A stretch of DNA of 64,000 nt from Bacteroidales bacterium (GCA_041737295.1 JBGSSA010000163.1:6898-70897); one strand, 5' to 3'. Positions 38,217-48,983 are shown, counted from the stretch's first letter. The notes: generated from the sequence alone by a model not told the origin. Translations and numbers: made by a program.

Positions 38217-39155
38217 TTCCTTTCCCTTTTTTTCCTTCATAAAAATGAAAATCAACAGCAAGGCTGTGGAGACTATGCTTAAATAAAGCATGTATGAGTG
38301 CTCTTCCCCTGTGCCCAACTGGTCCATGCTGGTTTCACCCATGGGTTTCGCAGCAAAATGATAGTATAGCACCGCAAATCCATTATTGATAAAATGTCCG
38401 ATGACCGGCACCCAGATGGACGAGCTCCATAGAAGGAGGTATCCAAAATACAGTCCCAGCAGAAACCGGGGCAGGAAACCATAGAACTGGAAGTGAATAA
38501 AACTAAAAAGAAAAGCCGAAATCCATATCCCCAGATGCCTGTTCCGGGTCCAATCAGTTGCAAGGCGCTGGATCACACCCCTGAAAAGAAATTCTTCGCC
38601 CAATGCCGGCAACACGGCTATCATAAACAGGTTGAGTGCCAGCGTATACCCATCCCCTCCGGTGAGAAATAATCCGGTCAGACGGCCGGCTGTTTCCTCC
38701 ATAGTTTTCATTTTTACCTCCAGCGAATGCAGCCATTGAGGGAGTACCATCTCAGAATTGAACATGGCGAGAGCATTCAGCAGGGGAATGGCCAAAACAA
38801 TAGAAAGCATCACCAGCAAAAGGGTCAGTGCCTTCGGCTTTTTGTCTGCCTGTAAATAATGTGCCAGGTCGTCACTGTATAACCAGGCGGCAATCAGGGC
38901 AGGCACAAGAAATAAAAAAACAGACTGTATAATCTGGAAATATTTGACTACCCCAAGATTGTCTGCGTCCGGATTGCTTACGATCTGGTATATCTGGGCC
39001 AGATCAAGCCTGAAAATAGGCTTGGCGAGCAATATGCCAAGGATGGAACTGATGAGCAGGAATACAAGGACAAGCATAACCAGCAACAGGATCTTGATAA
39101 ATGGGGACATGCTGATAAAGCCTTGTCTGAAATGATATGAAATTGAGTTTTGCAT
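38196..39155 (-). CDS. CPBP (Abi/CAAX) family intramembrane metalloprotease
   Basis: EEFLFRG, FSFIH, HFINN. Confidence 0.92.
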   Translation of the reverse strand: MQNSISYHFRQGFISMSPFIKILLLVMLVLVFLLISSILGILLAKPIFRLDLAQIYQIVSNPDADNLGVVKYFQIIQSVFLFLVPALIAAWLYSDDLAHYLQADKKPKALTLLLVMLSIVLAIPLLNALAMFNSEMVLPQWLHSLEVKMKTMEETAGRLTGLFLTGGDGYTLALNLFMIAVLPALGEEFLFRGVIQRLATDWTRNRHLGIWISAFLFSFIHFQFYGFLPRFLLGLYFGYLLLWSSSIWVPVIGHFINNGFAVLYYHFAAKPMGETSMDQLGTGEEHSYMLYLSIVSTALLLIFIFMKEKKGKELSQKIF

Positions 39156-39210
39156 TTATTGACAGTTAGATTGAAGACAATTCCGGGGTAAATTTAATAT
39201 AACTTTCTTC

Positions 39211-39218
39211 TAACTTTG
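39211..39218 (+). promoter_or_regulatory. Bacteroidota -7 element for dusB
   Basis: TAACTTTG; overlaps the ORF-track start, implying a later true start. Confidence 0.6.
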
Positions 39219-39242
39219 CCCCTCAACCTGAAATGTGATAAA

Positions 39243-40226
39243 TTGATACAAATCGGCAACATATCCCTTCGAGAAAAGTCCTTGTTCCTGGCCCCCATGG
39301 AAGATGTTACCGATCCTTCCTTCCGATTCATCTGCAAGCATTTTGGGGCCGATATGGTATATACGGAATTTATACCCTCCGACGGGCTTATCCGCGATGC
39401 AAAGAAAAGCCTGAAAAAGCTCGAACTCAACCAGGAAGAAAGGCCTGTCGGAATACAATTATACGGACATCTGCTGGATAGCATGGTGGAGGCTGCCCGG
39501 ATTGCCGAGGAAGCCAATCCCGACCTGATTGACATCAATTATGGGTGCCCGGTGCGAAAAATCGCCAACCGCGGAGCAGGAGCCGGAATGCTGTGTAACA
39601 TACCCTTCATGGTGGAGATGACAAAAGCTATTGTGGATGCAGTGAAATTGCCAGTTACGGTAAAGACACGGCTTGGTTGGGATGATACAAGCAAGAATAT
39701 CGTGAGCATAGCGGAACAGTTGCAGGATGTCGGGATCAGGGCAATCACCATACACGGACGTACCCGTGCCCAGCTTTATAAGGGCAATGCAGACTGGACC
39801 CTGATTGGTGATGTAAAAAATAATCCCCGAATGAAAATCCCGGTTATCGGGAACGGAGATATAATTTCACCTGAATCCGCCAGGGATGCTTTTGATAAAT
39901 TCGGTGTGGATGCCATCATGATCGGCCGGGCCACTGTCGGCAGGCCATGGATATTTCGTGATAGCAATCATTTTCTGGAAACCGGGGAACTGCTGCCTCC
40001 TATGACCCTTGTGCAAAAAGTAGACCTCGCCCGTTTACAGTTTGAGAAGTCCCTGGAAATAAAAGGAATGCCCAGGGGTATATTCGAGATGAGGCGGCAT
40101 TTTTCGAATTATTTTAAAGGATTGCCTGATTTCAGGGACATCCGGATGAAACTGGTGACGTCATTGGACCCTGGGGAGATAAACGCGCTTCTCGATCAGA
40201 TCCTGGTTACTTATCCGCAGTATTAG
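39243..40226 (+). CDS. dusB: tRNA dihydrouridine synthase
   Basis: LAPMEDVTD, DINYGCP, IHGRT, GNGDI, MIGR; TTG 39243 chosen as the start. Confidence 0.92.
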   Translation: MIQIGNISLREKSLFLAPMEDVTDPSFRFICKHFGADMVYTEFIPSDGLIRDAKKSLKKLELNQEERPVGIQLYGHLLDSMVEAARIAEEANPDLIDINYGCPVRKIANRGAGAGMLCNIPFMVEMTKAIVDAVKLPVTVKTRLGWDDTSKNIVSIAEQLQDVGIRAITIHGRTRAQLYKGNADWTLIGDVKNNPRMKIPVIGNGDIISPESARDAFDKFGVDAIMIGRATVGRPWIFRDSNHFLETGELLPPMTLVQKVDLARLQFEKSLEIKGMPRGIFEMRRHFSNYFKGLPDFRDIRMKLVTSLDPGEINALLDQILVTYPQY

Positions 40227-41793
40227 CCGGATTCTTCTGGGGATAATCGAGGGTGTAATGCAATCCCCTGCTTTCCTTTCGTTGCTGGGCAGCTTTCAGG
40301 ATAAGGTACCCGGCGTTGATCATGTTCCGTAATTCACACAACTTCTGGGTAAGCTTGGATTTAACAAACAATTCCTCGGTTTCGTTGAAAATGATCCAAA
40401 GCCTGTCCATGGCCCTTTTTAACCTTATATTAGAACGAACGATACCCACATAATAACTGAATATCTGTTGTACTTCCTTATAGTTCTGAGTGATCAAAAC
40501 CATTTCTTCAGGATGGGTGGTTCCTTCATCATTCCACACCGGGATATCCTGCTGGATACTGTATCTTTTGTAGTTCTGAATCGAATGCCTGGCTGACCGG
40601 TCGGCATAAACCATAGCCTCGAGCAGGGAATTGCTGGCCAACCGGTTTGCACCATGAAGACCCGTGCATGAAGATTCCCCTGCAGCATATAACCGCTGGA
40701 TGGAACTGCACCCATCCAGGTCCACCTTGACTCCCCCGCACAGGAAATGCGCTGCAGGTACAACCGGAATCATATCGCGCGTAAAATCAATGCCCACAGA
40801 AAGACATTTTTCATAAATCGTAGGAAAACTGCTTTTCAGATCCTCGGAATCAATCCTGGTGGCATCAAGAAAAACAAATTCTTCCCCGCTGGTTTTCATT
40901 TCATTGTCGATTGCCCGGGCCACAATATCCCTGGGTGCAAGCGATCCCCTTACATCATAGCGGCTCATGAAATCTTCTCCCTTGTGATTTCGCAGGATCG
41001 CACCATGACCCCGCATGGCTTCGGTGATCAGGAAAGAGGGCCTTTCACCCAGTGAATACAATGAAGTAGGATGAAATTGAACGAATTCCATATTTTCAAT
41101 GATCCCTTTGGCCCTGTATACCATAGCTATTCCATCGCCGGTGGCAATGGCCGGATTGGTGGTTGTATGATAAAGATTCCCTATTCCTCCCGTGGCAATC
41201 ATTGTTATCCTGGATAGGAATTTATGGATGACCCCCGAGTTGAGATCGAGAACATAAGCCCCGTAACATTCAATGCCAGGGAGATAGCGCCTGACCAGTT
41301 TCCCCAGGTGATGCTGGGTAATGATTTCTATCGCAAAGAAATTTTCATAAATATCAATATTCGGGTGTGTCTGCACTACTGCAGTCAATACTTTTTGAAT
41401 TTCAGATCCCGTATTATCCTTGTGATGAAAAATGCGGCGCTCGGAATGCCCGCCTTCCCTGGCCAGATCAAATTTTCCTGAAGTCTCACGATCGAAATCA
41501 GTACCCCACTTCAGCAATTGTTCAATTTGTGCCGGGGCTTCCCGCACAACCATCTCCACTACTTTCTTGCTGCAAAGTCCATCCCCGGCGATCAGGGTAT
41601 CATTGATGTGCTTTTCAAAATTATCAACATCGCTCGATACTGCAGCGATCCCTCCCTGCGCATAACTTGTATTTGTTTCATCCAATGACGCCTTTGTGAT
41701 AATGGCAACCTTCCCATGTTCTGCCACTTTCAACGCGTATGTTAACCCTGCAAGTCCTGAACCTATGACCAGAAAATCATATTGATGATCCAT
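40207..41793 (-). CDS. nadB: L-aspartate oxidase
   Basis: YAQGGIAAV, REGGHS, QFHPT, GLHGANRLASNSLLEA, ESRGLH. Confidence 0.96.
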   Translation of the reverse strand: MDHQYDFLVIGSGLAGLTYALKVAEHGKVAIITKASLDETNTSYAQGGIAAVSSDVDNFEKHINDTLIAGDGLCSKKVVEMVVREAPAQIEQLLKWGTDFDRETSGKFDLAREGGHSERRIFHHKDNTGSEIQKVLTAVVQTHPNIDIYENFFAIEIITQHHLGKLVRRYLPGIECYGAYVLDLNSGVIHKFLSRITMIATGGIGNLYHTTTNPAIATGDGIAMVYRAKGIIENMEFVQFHPTSLYSLGERPSFLITEAMRGHGAILRNHKGEDFMSRYDVRGSLAPRDIVARAIDNEMKTSGEEFVFLDATRIDSEDLKSSFPTIYEKCLSVGIDFTRDMIPVVPAAHFLCGGVKVDLDGCSSIQRLYAAGESSCTGLHGANRLASNSLLEAMVYADRSARHSIQNYKRYSIQQDIPVWNDEGTTHPEEMVLITQNYKEVQQIFSYYVGIVRSNIRLKRAMDRLWIIFNETEELFVKSKLTQKLCELRNMINAGYLILKAAQQRKESRGLHYTLDYPQKNPANTADK

Positions 41794-41857
41794 GTTCCGT
41801 ATTCCGTTGATTGATAATCATCAAAATTAAGAGAATAATTCGGAATTTAGCATATCA

Positions 41858-42035
41858 GGCTTCTGGGCTTCTGGGCTTCTGGGCTTCTGGTGGGGGACGT
41901 CTTCGGTTCAGAAACATGAACACCAGCTTCCTCCATAAACTATCAACTATCAACCATCAACCATCAACTTTTAGTTTTTATCTTTTAGTTTTTCACTATT
42001 CTTCATTGTTTATTGTTCATTGTTCATTGTTCATT
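41858..42035. repeat. Mosaic of short tandem repeats in the nadB/glyQS divergent region
   Basis: GGCTTCTG x4; C(T/C)ATCAA x4; TTTTAG-like units; TT(C/T)ATTG x5. Confidence 0.88.
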
Positions 42036-42042
42036 ACATTTG
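42035..42042 (+). promoter_or_regulatory. Bacteroidota -7 element for glyQS
   Basis: TACATTTG about 22 nt before ATG 42065. Confidence 0.6.
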
Positions 42043-42064
42043 TCCCAATTACAACACTAAAAAC

Positions 42065-43615
42065 ATGGTCCAGGAAGATCTCTTTAAGAAAATCATTGCC
42101 CACAGCAAGGAATACGGATTTATTTTCCCATCAAGCGAAATCTATGACGGGCTGAGTGCCGTGTATGACTACGGCCAGAACGGAGTTGAACTGAAAAACA
42201 ACATTCGCCGCTACTGGTGGGAATCCATGGTTAAATTAAATGAGAATATTGTAGGCATTGATGCCGCTATTTTCATGCACCCCCGCACATGGGAAGCGTC
42301 CGGACATGTGGCAGCCTTCAGCGACCCCCTTATCGATAACCGGGATTCGAAGAAAAGATATCGTGCCGATCAGCTGATTGAAGAATATCTTCAAAAAATA
42401 GATGATAAAATACAAAAAGAAGTTATCAAGGCAGCCGAAAGATTTGGGGCCTCCTTTGATGAGGCTAAATTCAGGTCAACCAATCCAAGGGTTACCGAGA
42501 ATCAGCAAAAGCGGGATGAAGTGCATTCCCGGTTTGTTAAAGCCCTCGAAAAAGACGATTTGAAGGAACTGGGCCAGATCATTGCCGATGCCGAAATTGT
42601 CTGCCCAGTATCGGGTACCAAAAACTGGACTGATGTTCGCAAGTTCAACCTCATGTTCAGCACACAGCTTGGATCAGTCAGCGAGGATTCCAACACAATT
42701 TATTTAAGGCCTGAGACCGCACAGGGAATATTTGTTAATTTCCTGAATGTCCAGAAATCCGGAAGGATGAAAATTCCCTTTGGAATTGCACAAACAGGCA
42801 AAGCTTTCAGGAATGAGATCGTAGCCAGGCAGTTTATATTACGTATGCGGGAATTTGAGCAAATGGAAATGCAGTTTTTCATAAAGCCCGGTACCGAAAT
42901 GCAATGGTATGAACATTGGAAGCAAAAACGGATGAGCTGGCATAAGGCACTGGGACTGGGAGATCAGAAATACAGGTTCCATGATCATGAAAAGCTTGCA
43001 CATTACGCCAATGCCGCCAGCGATATTGAATTTGAATTCCCCATCGGGTTTAAGGAAGTGGAAGGTATACATTCACGCACAAATTTTGACCTGAGCAATC
43101 ATGAAAAATTCTCAGGTAAAAAGCTTCAATATTTTGATTCTGAGTCAAATGAAGCGTTCACGCCTTATGTGATCGAAACATCCATCGGGCTCGACCGGAT
43201 GTTCTTTACCCTGCTATCGAGCGCCTATACTGAAGAGAAGGTGGAATGGGAAGGAAGCGCAAAAGAAGAAAGGGTTGTATTAAAAATTCCTGCACCCCTG
43301 GCCCCCGTGCAACTTGCAATACTTCCGCTGATGAAAAAGGATGAATTGCCCGAAAAAGCAAGGGAAATCATGGATCATATGAAGTTTGACTTCAATTGCC
43401 AGTATGAGGAAAAGGACTCCATCGGCAAACGCTACCGGCGCCAGGATGCCATCGGAACCCCATTCTGTATAACAATCGATCATGATACGTTGAATGACAA
43501 TACGGTAACCCTCAGGTACCGTGATTCCATGCAGCAGGAACGGGTAGATGTTTCACGCCTTCCTGAAATCATGACGGAAAAGGTAAGCCTCAGGGGTCTG
43601 CTTAAAAAACTATGA
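42065..43615 (+). CDS. glyQS: Glycine--tRNA ligase (alpha2 type)
   Basis: SEIYDG, LRPETAQGIF, FRNEI, REFEQME, SIGKRYRRQDAIGTP. Confidence 0.97.
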   Translation: MVQEDLFKKIIAHSKEYGFIFPSSEIYDGLSAVYDYGQNGVELKNNIRRYWWESMVKLNENIVGIDAAIFMHPRTWEASGHVAAFSDPLIDNRDSKKRYRADQLIEEYLQKIDDKIQKEVIKAAERFGASFDEAKFRSTNPRVTENQQKRDEVHSRFVKALEKDDLKELGQIIADAEIVCPVSGTKNWTDVRKFNLMFSTQLGSVSEDSNTIYLRPETAQGIFVNFLNVQKSGRMKIPFGIAQTGKAFRNEIVARQFILRMREFEQMEMQFFIKPGTEMQWYEHWKQKRMSWHKALGLGDQKYRFHDHEKLAHYANAASDIEFEFPIGFKEVEGIHSRTNFDLSNHEKFSGKKLQYFDSESNEAFTPYVIETSIGLDRMFFTLLSSAYTEEKVEWEGSAKEERVVLKIPAPLAPVQLAILPLMKKDELPEKAREIMDHMKFDFNCQYEEKDSIGKRYRRQDAIGTPFCITIDHDTLNDNTVTLRYRDSMQQERVDVSRLPEIMTEKVSLRGLLKKL

Positions 43616-44769
43616 AAAAAGTTTCGGTATTTAAAGAAGGATTCCCCACCTCAATAATCCTTCTTTTATGCTTTATTCCTGTTCAGTCACAAAATCTGGT
43701 TCCTAATTCCTCTTTCGAAGATTTTGTAGATTTTGCCGGTAAAACCACTTCCGGCTGGCATAAAATTCAACATACCGATACTCCCGAATACTTTAGTTTT
43801 GGGAATAAACCACATAACAACATTTTTGCCGAATATATCGGAGGTACACAGCCCAAAACAGGGGATTCCTTTGCAGGCTTCTTCTGCCTGCGGTCAAATC
43901 CTCAACGAAATGTGAAGAATGTAAGAGAGTTTATTGGTACTACACTTTTAAGCACATTGGAAAAGGATAGCCTGTACAGGGTTGAAATTTCCTTGTGCCT
44001 GGATGCCGAATCAAATGCCGCCATAAAAAATTTCGGATTGATCTTTTCAACAAATTCACTTGAATTCAACAAAGATTACCAGTTGTTTTCAGCAAAACCC
44101 CAGATTGAATTCAGTCTTTCCTATCCTGACAGAACAACAGGATGGATCACTGTGTCTTCATTTTATAAGGCTTTGGGAAATGAAAAATGCATCATCATTG
44201 GAAATTTCAGAACGGATAAGGCGACCGTTTTCAAAAGGCAGGACGTAACAAGGGTAAAAGGCAAGGAAAAAAAATGGAATCTTCAGATTGCAGAAACTGC
44301 AGCCTATTACTATGTGGATGACGTTATCATCGAAAAAACCAAAATCGAAACGGTCATATTGCCCGTTGAACCTATAATTACGACAGAAAAAGAGGATACT
44401 CTTGATCTCAGCAAAATAGAGATCGATTCTGCAATTGTCCTTAAAAATATATTGTTCGCGTTTAACAGAACTGAATTGCTCCCGGAATCGTATACAGAAA
44501 TAAATAAATTGCTTAGGTTGATGATCTTTAATCCCCGGATAAAAATCAAATTGGAAGGGCATACCGATAATATAGGCGGCTATGATTTCAATACCCGGTT
44601 GTCCAATGCCAGGGCCGAGTCAGTGGTCAGATACCTGATTGAAAAAGGAATTGATCCTGATCGTATTGAATATGCAGGATATGGATATACACAACCGCTT
44701 GCCTCGAATGATACCGAAGAAGGCAGAAAAATCAACCGGCGAGTGGCATTCAAAGTTGTCAAAAAATAG
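43612..44769 (+). CDS. OmpA-family protein with N-terminal beta-sandwich domain
   Basis: QNLVPNSSFE N-terminus; EGHTDNIG..NTRLSNARA..GYG...NRRV. Confidence 0.9.
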   Translation: MKKVSVFKEGFPTSIILLLCFIPVQSQNLVPNSSFEDFVDFAGKTTSGWHKIQHTDTPEYFSFGNKPHNNIFAEYIGGTQPKTGDSFAGFFCLRSNPQRNVKNVREFIGTTLLSTLEKDSLYRVEISLCLDAESNAAIKNFGLIFSTNSLEFNKDYQLFSAKPQIEFSLSYPDRTTGWITVSSFYKALGNEKCIIIGNFRTDKATVFKRQDVTRVKGKEKKWNLQIAETAAYYYVDDVIIEKTKIETVILPVEPIITTEKEDTLDLSKIEIDSAIVLKNILFAFNRTELLPESYTEINKLLRLMIFNPRIKIKLEGHTDNIGGYDFNTRLSNARAESVVRYLIEKGIDPDRIEYAGYGYTQPLASNDTEEGRKINRRVAFKVVKK

Positions 44770-44776
44770 GCATTTC

Positions 44777-45757
44777 ATGAGATTCTGCCAATTCACCGCC
44801 CTTTTATTTGTGCTTAATGTTGCAGTAACGACTATTTCAAGCGGCCAGGAAGCATCTGTTTTTAGCAATTACTATTTAAGTCCTTTCATTGTAAATCCGG
44901 CTTTTACCGGTTCATCATATTATCCAGTTGCCGTGTTGTCAGTTAAAAAACAATGGGCAGGAATCCCGGATTCCCCGGGAACCATGTTGCTGGGCGGTAA
45001 TTACAGGATCGGAACCTATGATTTTTATGATCCAAAAGGATTTGTTAATAAAGGTAACCTGAAATTGCAGGACCGGCTGGGACTTGGTGCTGCTGTTTAT
45101 CGTGATAAAAACGGCCCTGCTGAAAATACAGGCGGATTAATTTCGTATGCATATCATTCAGATATTAACGCGAAGGATGAATTGTCTTTTGGGATGTCTG
45201 TCACCGGTACCTATTATTCATTTAACAGCAGTATCCTGGAGCCTGATCAGCCCGATGATCCCTATCTCTTTGACGGAAATGAGAATACCTTCAGGCTTAA
45301 TTTCAACCTGGGTGCATTATATCACAGTTCAACGTATTTTGTGGGAATTTCTGCGGCAAAAATTTTGCCTGACCACTTTTCTGTAAATGATCCGGTGGCG
45401 ATGGAGCCCAGCTACTTTCTCATGGGGGGATATAAGCACAAGATCAACAGTCTTTTCTCAATTGAACCCTCGGTGACAATAAAAAAACTGGGGTCAGAAG
45501 GCTTCTCGGCGGACATATTCTCAAAGCTTTATGTAAAAAGAATAAATTGGATTGCCTTGTCCTACAGCACTTCAGGCAAAGTGAATTTTTTGTTTGGCGT
45601 GCACCTGATAAAAATGGTATATGCCGGATATTCATACGAATATTCCCTGAGCAAAATTTCACGGTACACTTATGGCACGCATGAAATATATCTTGGTATT
45701 AATTTGGGATTGTTTGGTGTGGGGGGTATTGGAAGATCAACAGGAGACAAGCTATGA
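44777..45757 (+). CDS. T9SS PorP/SprF-family outer membrane protein
   Basis: FSNYY..PFIVNPAFTG, KQWAG, GYSYEY, GTHEI; ATG 44777 preferred. Confidence 0.88.
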   Translation: MRFCQFTALLFVLNVAVTTISSGQEASVFSNYYLSPFIVNPAFTGSSYYPVAVLSVKKQWAGIPDSPGTMLLGGNYRIGTYDFYDPKGFVNKGNLKLQDRLGLGAAVYRDKNGPAENTGGLISYAYHSDINAKDELSFGMSVTGTYYSFNSSILEPDQPDDPYLFDGNENTFRLNFNLGALYHSSTYFVGISAAKILPDHFSVNDPVAMEPSYFLMGGYKHKINSLFSIEPSVTIKKLGSEGFSADIFSKLYVKRINWIALSYSTSGKVNFLFGVHLIKMVYAGYSYEYSLSKISRYTYGTHEIYLGINLGLFGVGGIGRSTGDKL

Positions 45758-47550
45758 AAAAATCACGTAATCAGTCCATCCTTATTATCCTGCTTCTCCT
45801 GGCACAGGTAGCAACAGCCCAGGTACCTACAGACGGACTGGTAGCCTTTTATCCGTTTAATGGAAATGCGGAGGATGCATCCGGAAACAACAATAATGGA
45901 TCCGTTTTGGGACCAACTTTAACTTTGGACAGATGTTCAAATCCAAACAGTGCCTATTTATTTAATGGGAATAGTCAATATATCAGCTTGCCTCCTGAAA
46001 AATTCCTCTTGAATGAATATACCTATTCTGCCTGGATCAAAGTTTCAAGCTTTCCAGCCGATGGAGATGATGGCTGGATGATCTTTTCGCCCGGTTCATC
46101 CAACTCGGGAATGTGCCAGGGTTTTTCGATACATTCATTGGGTAGAATTTGCGGAATTAGCTATAATATAGGTGACGATCCACATGGCTGTTGGGCAGTA
46201 ACTCCTTCGATTGAGACGGACAAATGGTTCCACATAGTATATATGAGAAGTTATGAAATATTGAAAATTTATATAAACGGCGTATTAATGCCTTACCTGC
46301 AAACGGATGTTTATTCGCCTTATCCGAATAACCAGCCTGCAAATTACGGATCTCCCGAATACACGGCCTTGATAGGATGCAGATCAAATTATAAGTATGA
46401 TGATTATTTTTATGGAATTATAGATGATCTGTATGTATATGATCGTCCGCTCTCACACTCAGAAGTACTGGAGCTCTATAAATCCACCTGCGCTGTTGGC
46501 ACGATTGAAGGGATTCAGGAGGTTTGTGCCGGACAGGAAAATGTGGGTTATAGTTATCCTGTTTTACCAGGTTACACAAATTATGAATGGAAATACAGTG
46601 GTAATAATGTAAATCTACAACCTAATATTGAAAATCTTCTGATTGATTTTTCTGATACCGCCACTAGCGGAACTTTGTCCCTGGTGCTCTCTGGAAATGG
46701 TAAGGATACCATTACTTCCCAATTATCTGTATTAGTGGGAAATTTGCCAGGAGAAGCCGGAATTATTTCTGGTGGAGGTGAAGTCTGTGTTTCTCAGACC
46801 GATGTGAAATTTGAGATCAATTTGATTCCATTTGCTTCAAGTTATGAATGGATGTATTCAGGTACTGGGGCGATGATATCAGGGACTACTAACAAGATTT
46901 CGGTGGATTTCTCCTCAAATGCCACGGTGGGCCAGTTAACTGTTTCAGGAATTAATTCTTGTGGTAAGGGTATTCTTTCTCCTCCAAAATTGATCAGTTT
47001 ATCAATGCATCCTTCAAATGCTGGTTCAATAATCGGAGTTCAGGAAGTATGTCAAAACGAGGGAAACTTCTTGTTTTCTGTTAGTGAAATCAGCTCTGCT
47101 GAAAACTATACCTGGGAATATAGCGGGGATGGTGTTACCATATCAGGCAACACAGATAGTGTTCGGCTATATTTTTTTAACAATGCAACAAGTGGCAATC
47201 TTACTGTATTTGGAACAAATCAATGTGGACCAGGGGCTTCATCAGAAAATTTTCCAATAATAGTCAAATCCTGTTCAGAAAATCCGGGGAGCCTCAGTAT
47301 ACCCAATGCTTTCTCTCCCAATGGGGATGGGATCAATGATTTGTTTCTAATCAAGGGGCTTCCTTCACTATCGCAATTACTGGTTTTCGACCGATCCGGT
47401 AAAAAATGTTATCAGTCCGATAATTATTTAAATGACTGGGATGGCAAGGATTCCGAAGGGTATGTAATACAGTCCGATACCTATTGGTACATTCTGATCG
47501 TCCCCGGAATTCAGAACGAATTCAAAGGGTTTGTTTATCTAAAAAAGTAG
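45754..47550 (+). CDS. T9SS cargo: LamG-like domain, Ig/PKD-like repeats, type-B (gliding-motility-associated) CTD
   Basis: GLVAFYPFNGNA.D.SGN, GIIDDLYVYDRPLS; repeated G.I.G..EVC units; IPNAFSPNGDGIND...WDG...TYWY. Confidence 0.88.
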   Translation: MKKSRNQSILIILLLLAQVATAQVPTDGLVAFYPFNGNAEDASGNNNNGSVLGPTLTLDRCSNPNSAYLFNGNSQYISLPPEKFLLNEYTYSAWIKVSSFPADGDDGWMIFSPGSSNSGMCQGFSIHSLGRICGISYNIGDDPHGCWAVTPSIETDKWFHIVYMRSYEILKIYINGVLMPYLQTDVYSPYPNNQPANYGSPEYTALIGCRSNYKYDDYFYGIIDDLYVYDRPLSHSEVLELYKSTCAVGTIEGIQEVCAGQENVGYSYPVLPGYTNYEWKYSGNNVNLQPNIENLLIDFSDTATSGTLSLVLSGNGKDTITSQLSVLVGNLPGEAGIISGGGEVCVSQTDVKFEINLIPFASSYEWMYSGTGAMISGTTNKISVDFSSNATVGQLTVSGINSCGKGILSPPKLISLSMHPSNAGSIIGVQEVCQNEGNFLFSVSEISSAENYTWEYSGDGVTISGNTDSVRLYFFNNATSGNLTVFGTNQCGPGASSENFPIIVKSCSENPGSLSIPNAFSPNGDGINDLFLIKGLPSLSQLLVFDRSGKKCYQSDNYLNDWDGKDSEGYVIQSDTYWYILIVPGIQNEFKGFVYLKK

Positions 47551-47690
47551 TTTTTTGAGTTATCCTGGATTTTTCCTCGTATACCTGTCACTGAAATAAA
47601 TAGGACTTGCGATTTCAGATATTAGTTTTTAGTTTTTAGATTTACAATTGACAAATCGAGACTAATATTTTAAATGTAAATCGTAAATTC

Positions 47691-48983
47691 TTGCGTAAAG
47701 CTCTGATCATAACTTATTACTGGCCTCCAAGTGGCGGCTCATCCGTTCTCAGGTGGCTTAAATTTTCGAAATACCTGCGTGATTTTGGCTGGGAACCCGT
47801 AATTTATACCCCCTCCAATCCCGAATCGCAGGAAATTGACCAGTCGTTGCTTCATGAGATTCCCCCTGGTATTGAGGTGATTAAATCGCCGATCTGGGAG
47901 CCTTATGGTATTTATAAACTCCTGTCCGGTAAAAAAAAGAAGGATCGCCTGGGTGTTGCCCTCATGAACGATTCGAAATCCAAGTTTACCGGAAGGGTTA
48001 TGCTGTGGGTGCGGAGTAACCTGTTTATTCCCGATCCGCGCAGATTCTGGGTAAGGCCTTCCATTGAGTTCCTGGTGTTCTGGATTCGTAAAAATCCGGT
48101 GGATGTTATTATTACAACCGGGCCTCCCCACAGCATGCACCTAATCGGAATGGGACTGCACAAGAGATTGGGAATTAAGTGGGTGGCAGATTTCAGGGAT
48201 CCCTGGACAAATATTGATTTTTATAAGGAACTCCTGTTAACCAGGATTGCTGACCGCTATCATCATCAGCTGGAACGGAAAGTATTGCAGGAAGCCGATC
48301 ATATTATTACGGTGAGCCCGGGAATGACACGTGAATTTGAATCCCTGGGGATCAACAAGGTAACAACCATTACCAATGGCTATGATCATGAACCTGCCGA
48401 AAGCGGAAGTGCCGTACCGGGCAAATTCAGTATCCTGCACCTGGGCTCACTTCCAAAATCAAGGAACCCGATCCGGTTATGGGAGGTTCTATCCTCCCTG
48501 GCAGCAGAAAATCAATCCTTTTCGTCCATGCTGGAGGTCAGGCTGGTCGGCAGAATGGATATTACCGTAAAGGAATCCATCGCTCAGTTAGACCTGCAAC
48601 GGTACGTGGTTCAGCAGGAATATATACCGCATGAGCAGACCTTCGATTTGCTCACCAAATCATCTGTATTGCTGTTATGCATTAATAATACACCCAATGC
48701 CGATGGAATATTAACCAATAAGTTTTTCGAGTATCTGTCTGCCCGGCGTCCCATCCTCGCCATAGGCCCGGTAAACGGGGATGCTTCGGTTATACTTGGC
48801 GAATCCGGTGCAGGAAAGATGTTTGAATACGATGATTCCATTTTATTGAAAGAACATGTTTTAAGTCTGTTTGAATTATATTCGCAACAAAAATTGACCG
48901 GGAAGAATCAGTCTATTGAGAAATTTTCACGGAAAAATCTCACAAGGCAACTGACAGACCTTTTAAACAAGATCATCCTTTGA
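47691..48983 (+). CDS. Glycosyltransferase family 4
   Basis: IITYYWPPSGG, TGPPHS, DFRDPW, KFFEYL..RPI. Confidence 0.88.
   Translation: MRKALIITYYWPPSGGSSVLRWLKFSKYLRDFGWEPVIYTPSNPESQEIDQSLLHEIPPGIEVIKSPIWEPYGIYKLLSGKKKKDRLGVALMNDSKSKFTGRVMLWVRSNLFIPDPRRFWVRPSIEFLVFWIRKNPVDVIITTGPPHSMHLIGMGLHKRLGIKWVADFRDPWTNIDFYKELLLTRIADRYHHQLERKVLQEADHIITVSPGMTREFESLGINKVTTITNGYDHEPAESGSAVPGKFSILHLGSLPKSRNPIRLWEVLSSLAAENQSFSSMLEVRLVGRMDITVKESIAQLDLQRYVVQQEYIPHEQTFDLLTKSSVLLLCINNTPNADGILTNKFFEYLSARRPILAIGPVNGDASVILGESGAGKMFEYDDSILLKEHVLSLFELYSQQKLTGKNQSIEKFSRKNLTRQLTDLLNKIIL

Noticed and set aside
38196-40226. 3' overlaps of convergent genes (38196-38216 and 40207-40226; also hflX/asd) as antisense regulation
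   Set aside because: Short convergent overlaps are common in compact genomes, and there is no further evidence.
41811-42155. 114-aa ORF upstream of glyQS
   Set aside because: Composed of translated short tandem repeats and overlaps glyQS out of frame.
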